Shown piece by piece: positions 1 through 9,168 of a stretch of DNA of 64,000 nucleotides. Made by a program: the position numbers and the translations under genes. The stretch spans positions 654-64,653 of the forward strand of contig NZ_CANNFH010000009.1 of NCBI RefSeq assembly GCF_947503875.1, in the 5' to 3' direction. Under the pieces are notes generated by a model. It searched no databases. It saw only the letters and a program-made list of their open reading frames with translations, and was not told the origin of the DNA. This DNA comes from an uncultured Polaribacter sp. Its GTDB lineage: Bacteria; Bacteroidota; Bacteroidia; Flavobacteriales; Flavobacteriaceae. The number at the start of each line of letters is the position of its first letter. Positions within the stretch are counted from its first letter, which is position 1.

Positions 1-1713
1 TTTAGTTGTGATAATTTAGGTGAGAATACCGTAACATTAACGGCTACTGATATTAATGGAAATGTAAGTTCTGCAACTGCAATTGTTACAGTTACAGATA
101 ATATTGCTCCAATAGTAGAAACTCAAAATATACAAGTCGCTTTAGATGCCAATGGTAATGCTACAATAACACCAGAAGATGTTTTAGTTTCTAATGCAGA
201 CGATATTGAAACTGGTAAAGAATGTAATGTAACCGATGCTAAATTTCATGCAATGTATTTGAGTAATTATGTAAAAAACTACAACAATAATTATGAACGT
301 TCAGCATCTAAAGATGCTTCTAAATCTAAAAAAGAAAAAGTAGATTATAGTGTTAGAACAGATGTTGCAAAACGTTGGGGAGCATTATATAAGTTTGATT
401 CCAATGGCGGAAAAATTACCAAAAATTTAGATGGTACTGCAAACGTAGCAGGTACTTTAGTTAATAAGTTTAACAGTAAAGACAAATGGATTGTTACTTT
501 AAATCTTAAAAACGCAAGTACTTGGAGCGAATGGCGTGCAAAAGGAAAAACCTATAAAGGGTTTTGGCATACTAAAAAATCTTATGAAAATTGGATGTAT
601 TACGAATTAGCGTCTGGCAGTAAATTAACAGGTGCAGGCAATAATTCTGGTACAGAAGTACCTATTTACCATGCTCCAGTTAGCAGGAAAGTTGGATTTC
701 AACTAGGTATAAAAGCAAATTTATACGATAGCGATTTTGGTTTAAGCGGATGGTTCTATTATAAAAATAGACATGGAAGATGGGCACAAGGAGATTTTAA
801 TTTTGATATTTCTAATTGTGATGATTTACCAATTCCTGAGGAAACTGTATTTACAAGTGATAACTGTTCTATTGCAAACACTGCCTTAGATGTTACTTCT
901 TTTGGGTGTGATGATTTAGGTGAAAATACCGTAAACGTTTCCGTAACCGATCAAAGCGGAAATACCACAACAAAAGCGGTAACTGTTACTGTTCTTGGTG
1001 ATACACCAACAGTTACAATTCCTGATTTTAAAACGGTTTCTGGTCAAAAGAGAAACGCAGTGTTCTTGGGTTATGCAGAAACAGCACACTTATGCCCTAC
1101 CGTAAGTGGTGGAAAAGGTTTTACTTATGAATGGAAAGACGAAGCTGGAAATTTAATTTCTACAAAAGCACAACCAATAGTAAAACCAAGAGTAACCACT
1201 ACATATACAGTTACTGTAACAAATAGCAATGGCTGTTCTGCAATAGATTCTATTGAAATTTGTGTAATAGATACTAGGTCTAAAAACAGACGAGGCAATT
1301 ATAATGATAAAGTATTGCTTCATTACAATACCAGAAGAGGACCTAAAGAATTTAGTGTAAACAAAAGGGCAGTAAAATCTTTCTTAAGACGTGGATATAC
1401 TCTAGGTGCTAGTAATGCAACTTGTAAAACCAATGAAGATGTATTTGAACAACCCGTTAAAATAAATACGGTTACGGTTTTCCCAAATCCTTCAAAAGGG
1501 ATATTTAATGTAAAATTAAAAAACTTAGAAGGTAGTGCTCACATAAAACTATTTAATATGCAAGGGCGTTTAATACAATACAGGTATATTAGAAACGTAA
1601 GAAGCCAAAGTAGAGTTACAATGGGTAACTATAGATTAAGAGATGGTGTTTATGCAGTAAAAGTAATTACTAACGGAACAACATATACCGAAAATATAAT
1701 TATTAAAAAATAA
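1..1713 (+). CDS. C-terminal part of a T9SS type A sorting domain protein with HYR-like/Ig-like repeats (starts before the window)
   Basis: Frame 1 is open from base 1 (FSCDNLGENTVTLTATDINGN...) into the 253..1713 ORF. It has HYR-like repeat units and a C-terminal VFPNPSKGIFNV...GVYAVKV...IIKK type A CTD. Confidence 0.85.
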   Translation, partial: FSCDNLGENTVTLTATDINGNVSSATAIVTVTDNIAPIVETQNIQVALDANGNATITPEDVLVSNADDIETGKECNVTDAKFHAMYLSNYVKNYNNNYERSASKDASKSKKEKVDYSVRTDVAKRWGALYKFDSNGGKITKNLDGTANVAGTLVNKFNSKDKWIVTLNLKNASTWSEWRAKGKTYKGFWHTKKSYENWMYYELASGSKLTGAGNNSGTEVPIYHAPVSRKVGFQLGIKANLYDSDFGLSGWFYYKNRHGRWAQGDFNFDISNCDDLPIPEETVFTSDNCSIANTALDVTSFGCDDLGENTVNVSVTDQSGNTTTKAVTVTVLGDTPTVTIPDFKTVSGQKRNAVFLGYAETAHLCPTVSGGKGFTYEWKDEAGNLISTKAQPIVKPRVTTTYTVTVTNSNGCSAIDSIEICVIDTRSKNRRGNYNDKVLLHYNTRRGPKEFSVNKRAVKSFLRRGYTLGASNATCKTNEDVFEQPVKINTVTVFPNPSKGIFNVKLKNLEGSAHIKLFNMQGRLIQYRYIRNVRSQSRVTMGNYRLRDGVYAVKVITNGTTYTENIIIKK

Positions 1714-1735
1714 AATATTTACTTTTTAAAAAACC

Positions 1736-1765
1736 AAAAGGCTACAGTTTATGTAGCCTTTTTTA
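1736..1765 (+). terminator. Intrinsic terminator
   Basis: aaaaggctac-agtttat-gtagcctttt followed by a T-run, just after the stop at 1713. Confidence 0.8.
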
Positions 1766-1891
1766 TTTCAATTAAAATTTCGCTAGAACTTAGGTTACTT
1801 AGCATTTCACTTAAAAAAGAGAATTAAAACCAATTTACATATCATCTCCTTGAGAATCGCAACTTAAGCGCTCATGTGCCTTATTACAAAA
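1765..1891 (-). pseudogene. Decayed internal fragment copy of dnaN (matches 3366-3493)
   Basis: Direct alignment to dnaN shows about 8 substitutions and a 1-bp deletion, including CAA->TAA. Confidence 0.9.
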
Positions 1892-1943
1892 TGCTTACTT
1901 TAGTAACTATAAGAAAAGTTTCTATAGAAAACTAATACTAAAT

Positions 1944-2084
1944 AACGTGAGTTCGCTTTAAAAAACCATGTTTGTTAATCAGGTACAACTTATAATATTT
2001 AAAACTAATATCATTTCGACGGTAGGAGAAATCTCAAATTAAATACGAGATTTGTCAACTTAACTTCGTTGCGTTCGGAATAAC
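1944..2084. repeat. Degenerate Flavobacterial REP/MITE-like palindromic element
   Basis: aacgtgagttcg...tcatttcgacggtaggagaaatctc...gagatttgtc...cgttcggaataac is an imperfect palindrome resembling the recalled GTCATTTCGA..GAGAAATCT/AGATTTCTC..CGAAATGAC repeat type. Confidence 0.5.
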
Positions 2085-2315
2085 AAGCAACTAATTTTCA
2101 GCGATATAAAAAACCTAAGCTGTAATAGACACATAGAACTAACATCAAATTATACATAAAAAGAATTAAAAAAAAGCCTCTTTTTTATTTTTAAATATTA
2201 CAGATTTAAACAATGAGCAAATGATTTTTACTTTTTATGTTGCCATACAAACAAATACTAAAAAAGTGAATAATTCAAAACACTTCAAAAGAGAATAAAT
2301 CTAAATTTGGTTAAT

Positions 2316-3184
2316 CTATATTAACTTTTTGAAACCAGATGTCTTTAAAATATTCATTTTCCTTTGGTTGTAAATAAGGCATTGCTCTTTACCTAAAGCA
2401 CTATCTCCTTCTAAAGCCGCTAAAGCTAAAGAAGCTTTTACACTGCTTTCTTTAACTGTCTTAAAATTTTTTAATTGTACCTGTAAAGGGTTCTTATTTA
2501 TGGTGGTTAAACCATGATAAGTATTAATATACTTAGGTGTATCATCTTCAGTTTCATAAACAACATGTAATAACCAAACTGCAGCAGAACCGCCAGAAAT
2601 ATAGCCTTGGGTAGCTTTTATGTTTGCTACAGTATAAGCTCCGTTTGTATTTTTATTGTTAGAAACAATATCTGTTACATCTAAATAACAAACATAAGGT
2701 GTATTATCTATATATTTAGACTTATCAAATCCATCAAAAAGAATTTTACCTTCTATAATCTTGATAGTCGTTATTAGGTGTTTTAAACTTTATTTTTTGA
2801 ATTGAAGCATCTCTAACATCACCTACTTTGTAAATATATTGTCTCCCTTTCCTTCTTTTTACACCACGATTAAAACTATAAACAGCAGACCAATATAAAG
2901 TAGCATTTATTATTTTTTTGTGTTTTCAGGTACATTTAAAGTGGCTTGGCTAGAACTAAATGTAATTTTATCACCATCAATATCAACATACCTCATTTTT
3001 ATCTGCTCATTAATCACAAATTGATTTTTAAATGCTTTCTTTTGCGTTTACTAAGTATGTTGTTCCCAACTGTTAAAGCGTCTCCTTTTACATAATATTA
3101 TTTATTTAAGTAAAAGCTTGGGTTACTTTGAGTACTTAAAATTTGACTACAGCATAAAAATAATATCGTGTAAAAGAATTTCAT
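2316..3184 (-). pseudogene. Pseudogene of a secreted protein (DUF3344-like / CHU-large-protein-like N-terminal domain)
   Basis: Manual translation: signal-like MKFFYTILFLCCSQ, in-frame TAA at 3098-3100, then fragments YVKGDALTVGNNILSK / MRYVDIDGDKITFSSSQATL / ATLYWSA / YVCYLDVTDIV..YTVANI..GGSAAVWLLHVVYE, separated by about 3 frameshifts. Confidence 0.8.
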
Positions 3185-3265
3185 TTTATTAATTTATTTA
3201 AAAAAAAGGAATTCGACTTAAATCTTAATAAATGAATTGTCTTATAACAAAAATAATTTACATGA

Positions 3266-4384
3266 TTAACTATTCAACATTACTGGCATAACCAACATTG
3301 TAATTTGTTCGCCTTCATCTGTGCCATCTATTGGTGTTAAAATACCTGCTCTGTTTGGTAAAGACATTTCAATTAAAATTTCGCTAGAACTTAGGTTGCT
3401 TAGCATTTCACTTAAAAAACGAGAATTAAAACCAATTTGCATATCATCTCCTTGATAATCACAACTTAAACGCTCATCTGCTTTATTAGAAAAATCTAAA
3501 TCTTCCGCAGAAATATTTAATTCTGTACCCGCCATTTTTAAACGAATCTGGTGTGTTGTTTTACTAGAAAAAATAGAAACACGTCTCACAGAATTTTGAA
3601 AAGATGCTCTATCTATTGTTAATTTATTCGGGTTTTCTTTAGGAATTACCGCTTCATAATTTGGATATTTCCCATCAATTAAACGACAAACCAAAACTAC
3701 ATTATCAAAAGTAAATTTTGCATTTGCATCATTATACTCAATAGTAACTTCACTTTCTGAACCACCCAAAATACCTTTTAATAAATTTAAAGGCTTTTTT
3801 GGCATTATAAACTCTGCTGTTTGATCTGCAGTTACATCTGTTCTTGCATATTTAACCAGTTTGTGTGCATCTGTAGCTACAAAAGTTAAACTCTGTGAAC
3901 TAAATTGAAAAAACACACCACTCATTACAGGTCTTAAATCATCATTACCGGCAGCAAAAATTGTTTTAGAAATTGCAGTACCTAAAACATGTGCTGGCAA
4001 AACAGTTTTACTAGGGTTTGCTAAAGTTACCGCCTTTGGAAACTCATCTCCTCCAAAATAAGCCATATCATATTTTCCTTGATCTGAACTTATTTCTATT
4101 GTATTTTCTCCCTCTGTTTTAAAGGTTAAAGGTTGGTCTGGAAAAGTTTTTAATGTATCTAACAATAAACGAGCAGAAACCGCTATAGAACCATTACTAT
4201 CACTCTCTACATCTACTACAGAGGTCATTGTGGTTTCTAAATCTGAAGCCGAAACTTTTAATTGATTTTCAGACAATTCAAACAAAAAGTTATCTAAAAT
4301 GGGTAAGGTATTATTACTATTTATAACGCCTCCTAAAACTTGTAATTGTCTTAATAATTGAGAACTTGATACAATAAATTTCAT
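3266..4384 (-). CDS. dnaN: DNA polymerase III beta clamp
   Basis: 372 aa; LPILDN, ASDLE, VATDAHKL, GKYPNY, IGFNSRFL and C-terminal MLVMPV motifs. Confidence 0.97.
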   Translation of the reverse strand: MKFIVSSSQLLRQLQVLGGVINSNNTLPILDNFLFELSENQLKVSASDLETTMTSVVDVESDSNGSIAVSARLLLDTLKTFPDQPLTFKTEGENTIEISSDQGKYDMAYFGGDEFPKAVTLANPSKTVLPAHVLGTAISKTIFAAGNDDLRPVMSGVFFQFSSQSLTFVATDAHKLVKYARTDVTADQTAEFIMPKKPLNLLKGILGGSESEVTIEYNDANAKFTFDNVVLVCRLIDGKYPNYEAVIPKENPNKLTIDRASFQNSVRRVSIFSSKTTHQIRLKMAGTELNISAEDLDFSNKADERLSCDYQGDDMQIGFNSRFLSEMLSNLSSSEILIEMSLPNRAGILTPIDGTDEGEQITMLVMPVMLNS

Positions 4385-4410
4385 TGATTTTTTTATCTTA
4401 GTTTGTCTTA

Positions 4411-4418
4411 CAAATATA
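4411..4418 (-). promoter_or_regulatory. Bacteroidota -7 promoter element (TATATTTG) of dnaN
   Basis: Matches the TAnnTTTG consensus 27 bp upstream of the ATG. Confidence 0.6.
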
Positions 4419-4688
4419 ACTTTTATAAGTGATTCTAAAAATTATTTTATCAACAGGTTATACCCATTTTGTTGACGAAAAATAAACGTTATAATTATGT
4501 TAATCTCCCATATTTTAATGAATAAAAACTACATTTGTTCGTATTCTTTTTATGTTGATAGTTAAAAAGTTACCTCGAGTATTACTAAAATTAAACTTAT
4601 TTTAACTTAAAGTAGCAAATGCAGTTCTCGAGAAGTTTTATAATTAAGTTCTTATCTGCAACAGAACTAGCATTCAGATTTTCTAACA

Positions 4689-7169
4689 ATGAAAAGAATT
4701 TTATTTTCTATAATTAGCTTAGTTTTTGCTTCCACCTTATTTTCACAACAACCTAAAAAATTAACTTCAAATGAAATTTTTGAAAAAATTGAGAAATTAA
4801 ATTTCTTAGGAACTGCTTTATATATTGCTGCTCATCCAGATGATGAAAACACAAGGCTTATTTCTTACTTAGCAAATAATGTTAAAGCAAGAACCGCTTA
4901 TTTATCTTTAACAAGAGGCGATGGTGGGCAAAATTTAATTGGCCCAGAAATTAGAGAATTGTTGGGTGTTATTAGAACACAAGAATTACTTGCCGCAAGA
5001 AATGTAGATGGTGGTGAGCAACTTTTTACGAGAGCTAACGATTTTGGTTATTCTAAACACCCAGATGAAACGTTAAAAATATGGAACGAAGAAGAAGTTT
5101 TAAGTGATGTTGTTTGGGCAATTAGAACCTTTAAACCAGATGTAATTATCAACAGATTTAATCACAGAACGCCTGGTACAACTCATGGGCATCACACCAG
5201 TTCTGCAATATTAAGTGTTGCTGCTTTTGATTTGGTAAACGATAAAACAAGATTTCCTGAGCAATTAAAGTATACGGAAACTTGGCAACCAAAACGTTTG
5301 TTTTTCAACACATCTTCTTGGTTTTATAAAAATAGAGCCGATTTTGAAAAAGCTACTGAGGGCAAACTTACTTCTTTTGATGTTGGTGCTTATTATCCAT
5401 TAAAAGGCCTATCTAATAACGAATTAGCATCTATAGCAAGTAGCCAACATTTGTGCCAAGGTTTTGGCAGACTTACCACAAGAGGTTCTCAAAAAGAGTT
5501 TTTAGAGTTTTTAAAAGGTGATGCACCTAAAGATAAAAACGATATTTTTTCTGGTATAAATACCACTTGGACTCGTTTAGAAAAAGGAGATGCAATTGGT
5601 GAAATTTTATATAAAATTGAAGAAAATTTCGATTTTGTAAATCCGTCTAAACATTTACCAGCGTTAATGAAAGCTTACCAATTAATTCAAAAATTAGAAA
5701 ACAAACATTGGAAAAACATTAAGGCAAAACAAATAAAGACAATTATAGAAGCTTGCGCTGGTTTGTATTTAGAAGCTTCTGCTAATAGTTCTTCAGCTAC
5801 GCCAATGGCGAAAGTTTCTGTTAATTTTGAAACTTTAAATAGAAGTTCAGCCACTATTGAATTGGTTGCTTTTTCTTCTAATTTGGAAGATAAAATCTTT
5901 AATAAAAACACCATTTTAGAGCCCAATAAAAGAGTAACTTTTAAAGAAGATTTGGTTGTTAATACTACAGATTACTCTGCTCCTTACTGGCTAAAAAAAC
6001 AAGCTAGTTTAGGTATGTATACAGTAGAAAACCAGCTTTTAATAGGAAAGCCAGAAACACCAAGACCTGCAAAAATAGATTTTCATTTAATTATTGATAA
6101 AACGCCAATAACCTTAACAAAAAACATAGTTAGAAGATATGCAGAACGTGACAAAGGAGAAATTTATGAGCCTTTTGAAGTATTGCCAAAAGTAACTACC
6201 AAATTAAAAGATAAAGTGTTAATTTTTTCTGATGATGCTGCTAAAGAAATACCAGTTGCAATTCGTGCAGGAAAAGATAATATCAAGGGTTTTGTACGTT
6301 TGAATGTTCCTGAAAATTGGGCAGTTTCTCCAAAGCAAATCAATTTTAATATTGAGCAGAAAAGCGATAAACAAACTGTAATTTTTAAGGTAACACCACC
6401 TAAAAAACAATCTGAAGGACAATTACAAGTCAGCGCCACAGTTAATGCCCAAGAGTTTACCCAAGAATTGATAGAAATTAATTACAACCACATTCCTAAA
6501 CAAAGTGTTTTAGTAAATTCTGAAGCTAAAATTGTTAGACTTAATATAAAAAAAACAGGCACAAATATTGGGTATATTAAAGGTGCAGGAGATGCAATCC
6601 CAGAAAATTTAAGACAAATTGGTTATGTAGTAGAAACTATAAATCCGTCTAAAATAAACGCAGAAAATTTAAAAAAATACGATGCCATTGTTTTAGGAAT
6701 TAGAGCGTATAACGTAGTTAAAGAATTAAAATTTAAGCAAAGGTTTTTGTTGAATTATGTTAAAAATGGTGGAAATTTAATAGTACAATACAACACCAAC
6801 AGAAGAGTTGATGTTGGTGCCCCTTACCCATTACAACTTTCTAGAGACAGAGTTACAGATGAGTTTGCAGCAGTACGTATTTTAGATAAAAAACATCCGG
6901 TTTTAAATTATCCCAATAAAATTACAACAACAGATTTTAAAGGTTGGGTACAAGAGCGTGGTTTGTATTTTCCCAATTCTTGGGATAGTGCCTACACTCC
7001 TATTTTATCTATGAATGACAAAGGAGAAACTGCCAAAAACGGAAGTTTACTAATTGCCAAATATGGCAAAGGAAATTACATTTACACAGGTTTAAGTTTC
7101 TTTAGAGAATTGCCTGCTGGTGTTTCTGGTGCTTACAAATTGTTTGCGAATATTTTGTCTTTAAAATAA
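4689..7169 (+). CDS. PIG-L/LmbE family deacetylase with C-terminal class I glutamine amidotransferase-like domain
   Basis: Signal peptide; AHPDDE, TRGDGG and HGHH zinc-deacetylase motifs; C-terminal GGNLIVQYN...ERGLYF. Confidence 0.9.
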   Translation: MKRILFSIISLVFASTLFSQQPKKLTSNEIFEKIEKLNFLGTALYIAAHPDDENTRLISYLANNVKARTAYLSLTRGDGGQNLIGPEIRELLGVIRTQELLAARNVDGGEQLFTRANDFGYSKHPDETLKIWNEEEVLSDVVWAIRTFKPDVIINRFNHRTPGTTHGHHTSSAILSVAAFDLVNDKTRFPEQLKYTETWQPKRLFFNTSSWFYKNRADFEKATEGKLTSFDVGAYYPLKGLSNNELASIASSQHLCQGFGRLTTRGSQKEFLEFLKGDAPKDKNDIFSGINTTWTRLEKGDAIGEILYKIEENFDFVNPSKHLPALMKAYQLIQKLENKHWKNIKAKQIKTIIEACAGLYLEASANSSSATPMAKVSVNFETLNRSSATIELVAFSSNLEDKIFNKNTILEPNKRVTFKEDLVVNTTDYSAPYWLKKQASLGMYTVENQLLIGKPETPRPAKIDFHLIIDKTPITLTKNIVRRYAERDKGEIYEPFEVLPKVTTKLKDKVLIFSDDAAKEIPVAIRAGKDNIKGFVRLNVPENWAVSPKQINFNIEQKSDKQTVIFKVTPPKKQSEGQLQVSATVNAQEFTQELIEINYNHIPKQSVLVNSEAKIVRLNIKKTGTNIGYIKGAGDAIPENLRQIGYVVETINPSKINAENLKKYDAIVLGIRAYNVVKELKFKQRFLLNYVKNGGNLIVQYNTNRRVDVGAPYPLQLSRDRVTDEFAAVRILDKKHPVLNYPNKITTTDFKGWVQERGLYFPNSWDSAYTPILSMNDKGETAKNGSLLIAKYGKGNYIYTGLSFFRELPAGVSGAYKLFANILSLK

Positions 7170-7198
7170 CTTAATAGTATTAAAACTGCCTTATTATC

Positions 7199-8140
7199 AT
7201 TTTAAAAAAACATATTTTTTTATTTGTAATTTTAGGAAACCTAAGCATTCACGCTCAAAAAACAAATTTAGATTTAGGCTTTGTATTAAAAGCAGAAATA
7301 CAATTAGGCAACCAAAATAAAGGAATAAAGTTTGGCGCTTATGGCATTGGCACAGGCCAATTTAACGATTTTGCTTTTGAAAGTGGTCTTGCTTTATACA
7401 GTGGCTATTTATTTAAAAGACATACTACAAAAGTAATTGGGTTTAATTATGGCTATGATTTTTTTACTTTGGTAGGTGTTGGAAATAACTTAAATTTTTT
7501 AGCGTCTTCTTTTTTTGACAACACTTTATTAATTAGCCCAACAAATAATAACCAACGATTTAGAGGTTTAGGATTTGGTTTCGAAAAAGAATTTTTACCC
7601 AAAAAACTGAATACTTTTAACCAGAGATTGGGTAAACTTTTAATGCGCTTTAGTAAAAACAACAACTCCTTAAACATTCAATTTAAAAACGATTTTAGAG
7701 GAGGAAATCTCTTTTTGGGAGAAGGCACAGATTTTGGAAGTACAGGTGCACTTATGGTTAGTTACAGTAAAATTATAAATGCTCAAGAAATTTTTAATAT
7801 TGGTATTGCACTTTCTTTATTTACACCAAAACCAGATTACAGTAAAACTCCAAACAATCTTATAAATTCAGATGATGGCAGTAAAAACGTTTGGCATACA
7901 AAACCTCCTTATCCCAATCTATTTTATGCAAATGCCTTTGTTTTTGGAAATTATCAGAAAAACAATTTTTCATCTTCAATAAAAGCTGGATTAAATTCGC
8001 AAAAACTAGGTGCTTTTACACAAAATATTCTGCATGATAGTTTTGGTTTAAACCCAAGATTTCCATGGAAAACAGACCAAAAAGACAAATTGTTTATTGA
8101 GTTAAATACAGGTATTCTTAAAACAATTAGCAATGAGTAA
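7199..8140 (+). CDS. Secreted protein with polymorphic toxin 23 (Ntox23)-like C-terminal domain; start uncertain
   Basis: The frame is open from 7184, well upstream of the track start at 7469, and has a signal-like ILKKHIFLFVILGNLSIHAQ. Motifs KNDF..GEGTDFG and GLNSQKLGAFTQNILHD..PRFPW resemble Ntox23. Confidence 0.5.
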   Translation: MLKKHIFLFVILGNLSIHAQKTNLDLGFVLKAEIQLGNQNKGIKFGAYGIGTGQFNDFAFESGLALYSGYLFKRHTTKVIGFNYGYDFFTLVGVGNNLNFLASSFFDNTLLISPTNNNQRFRGLGFGFEKEFLPKKLNTFNQRLGKLLMRFSKNNNSLNIQFKNDFRGGNLFLGEGTDFGSTGALMVSYSKIINAQEIFNIGIALSLFTPKPDYSKTPNNLINSDDGSKNVWHTKPPYPNLFYANAFVFGNYQKNNFSSSIKAGLNSQKLGAFTQNILHDSFGLNPRFPWKTDQKDKLFIELNTGILKTISNE

Positions 8141-9062
8141 AGTAAGCGGTTTAATACTTTTATGTTGTATACTCTTGTTACAAAATTGCAACATTTACAA
8201 ACGTTCTTTTGGTGAAACCTATAATACTACAAAAGTTGAAAATTTCAATAAAATATTTAGGCTAGATTTAAGTAATACATCTACACAAAATAGTCCTAAA
8301 AACCTTCAAATTTTTACAGCTTTAAGAATGCTAAATTTATCTGGAAACAAACAGTTAAACTTAGATGAAGTATTTAAAAACATTTCAAATACAGCAAAAT
8401 TAGAAGTATTAATTTTAGATAGTTTAGATTTAAAGTTATTGCCAAAATCAATTTTAAAATTAAAAAATCTAAAACACCTTTCATTAAATAATAATCCAAA
8501 TTTAAATTTGAAACAAGCGTTTCAAATAATTAAAGGTTTACCAATTCAATTTTTAAATTTACAGCATAATAATTTAGAAAATATACCTACTAATATTGCA
8601 AATATTTCATCTTTAACAAGTATAAATCTATCGCACAATAATCTTAATAAAGCTGCTTTTTATAGAACTTTAGCAAAACTACCTAAATTAAATTCTTTGT
8701 GGTTAACTAATAATCATATAGCGAATCTGTCAAAAGAAATTGGTTCTTTAAATACTTTACGCAATCTTTATTTAGAACACAACAAGCTAACAACACTACC
8801 TAATTCAATTAAAAACCTTAAAAAAGTAAATATTTTACATTTAGGTTATAACAATTTTACTGCATTACCTAAACAGTTAATTGGAATGCCAACATTAATA
8901 CTATTACATATTAATAACTGCAAAATAAATAAAATTCCTAGTGAATTTTACAACACAAAATATAGCCTGAAAAGTATAATTTTAGATAACAATAATTTAT
9001 CTAAAAAAGATAAAAGTAAATGGCGAAAAGCATTTAAATCTTTTATAATGGCATCTTTTTAA
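8133..9062 (+). CDS. Leucine-rich repeat protein, probable lipoprotein
   Basis: Repeated LxxLxLxxNxL units; N-terminal hydrophobic stretch ending LLQNC; overlaps the upstream ORF by 8 nt. Confidence 0.88.
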   Translation: MSKVSGLILLCCILLLQNCNIYKRSFGETYNTTKVENFNKIFRLDLSNTSTQNSPKNLQIFTALRMLNLSGNKQLNLDEVFKNISNTAKLEVLILDSLDLKLLPKSILKLKNLKHLSLNNNPNLNLKQAFQIIKGLPIQFLNLQHNNLENIPTNIANISSLTSINLSHNNLNKAAFYRTLAKLPKLNSLWLTNNHIANLSKEIGSLNTLRNLYLEHNKLTTLPNSIKNLKKVNILHLGYNNFTALPKQLIGMPTLILLHINNCKINKIPSEFYNTKYSLKSIILDNNNLSKKDKSKWRKAFKSFIMASF

Positions 9063-9168
9063 AAAAACCTTTAATAAATAAGCAGAATAATTTCTTACTT
9101 CTTAAAGTTTACTTATTTTTATGCTTGAAACCTGAACTTGTTTCAAGTTTTTAAAACCTACCAATTTC

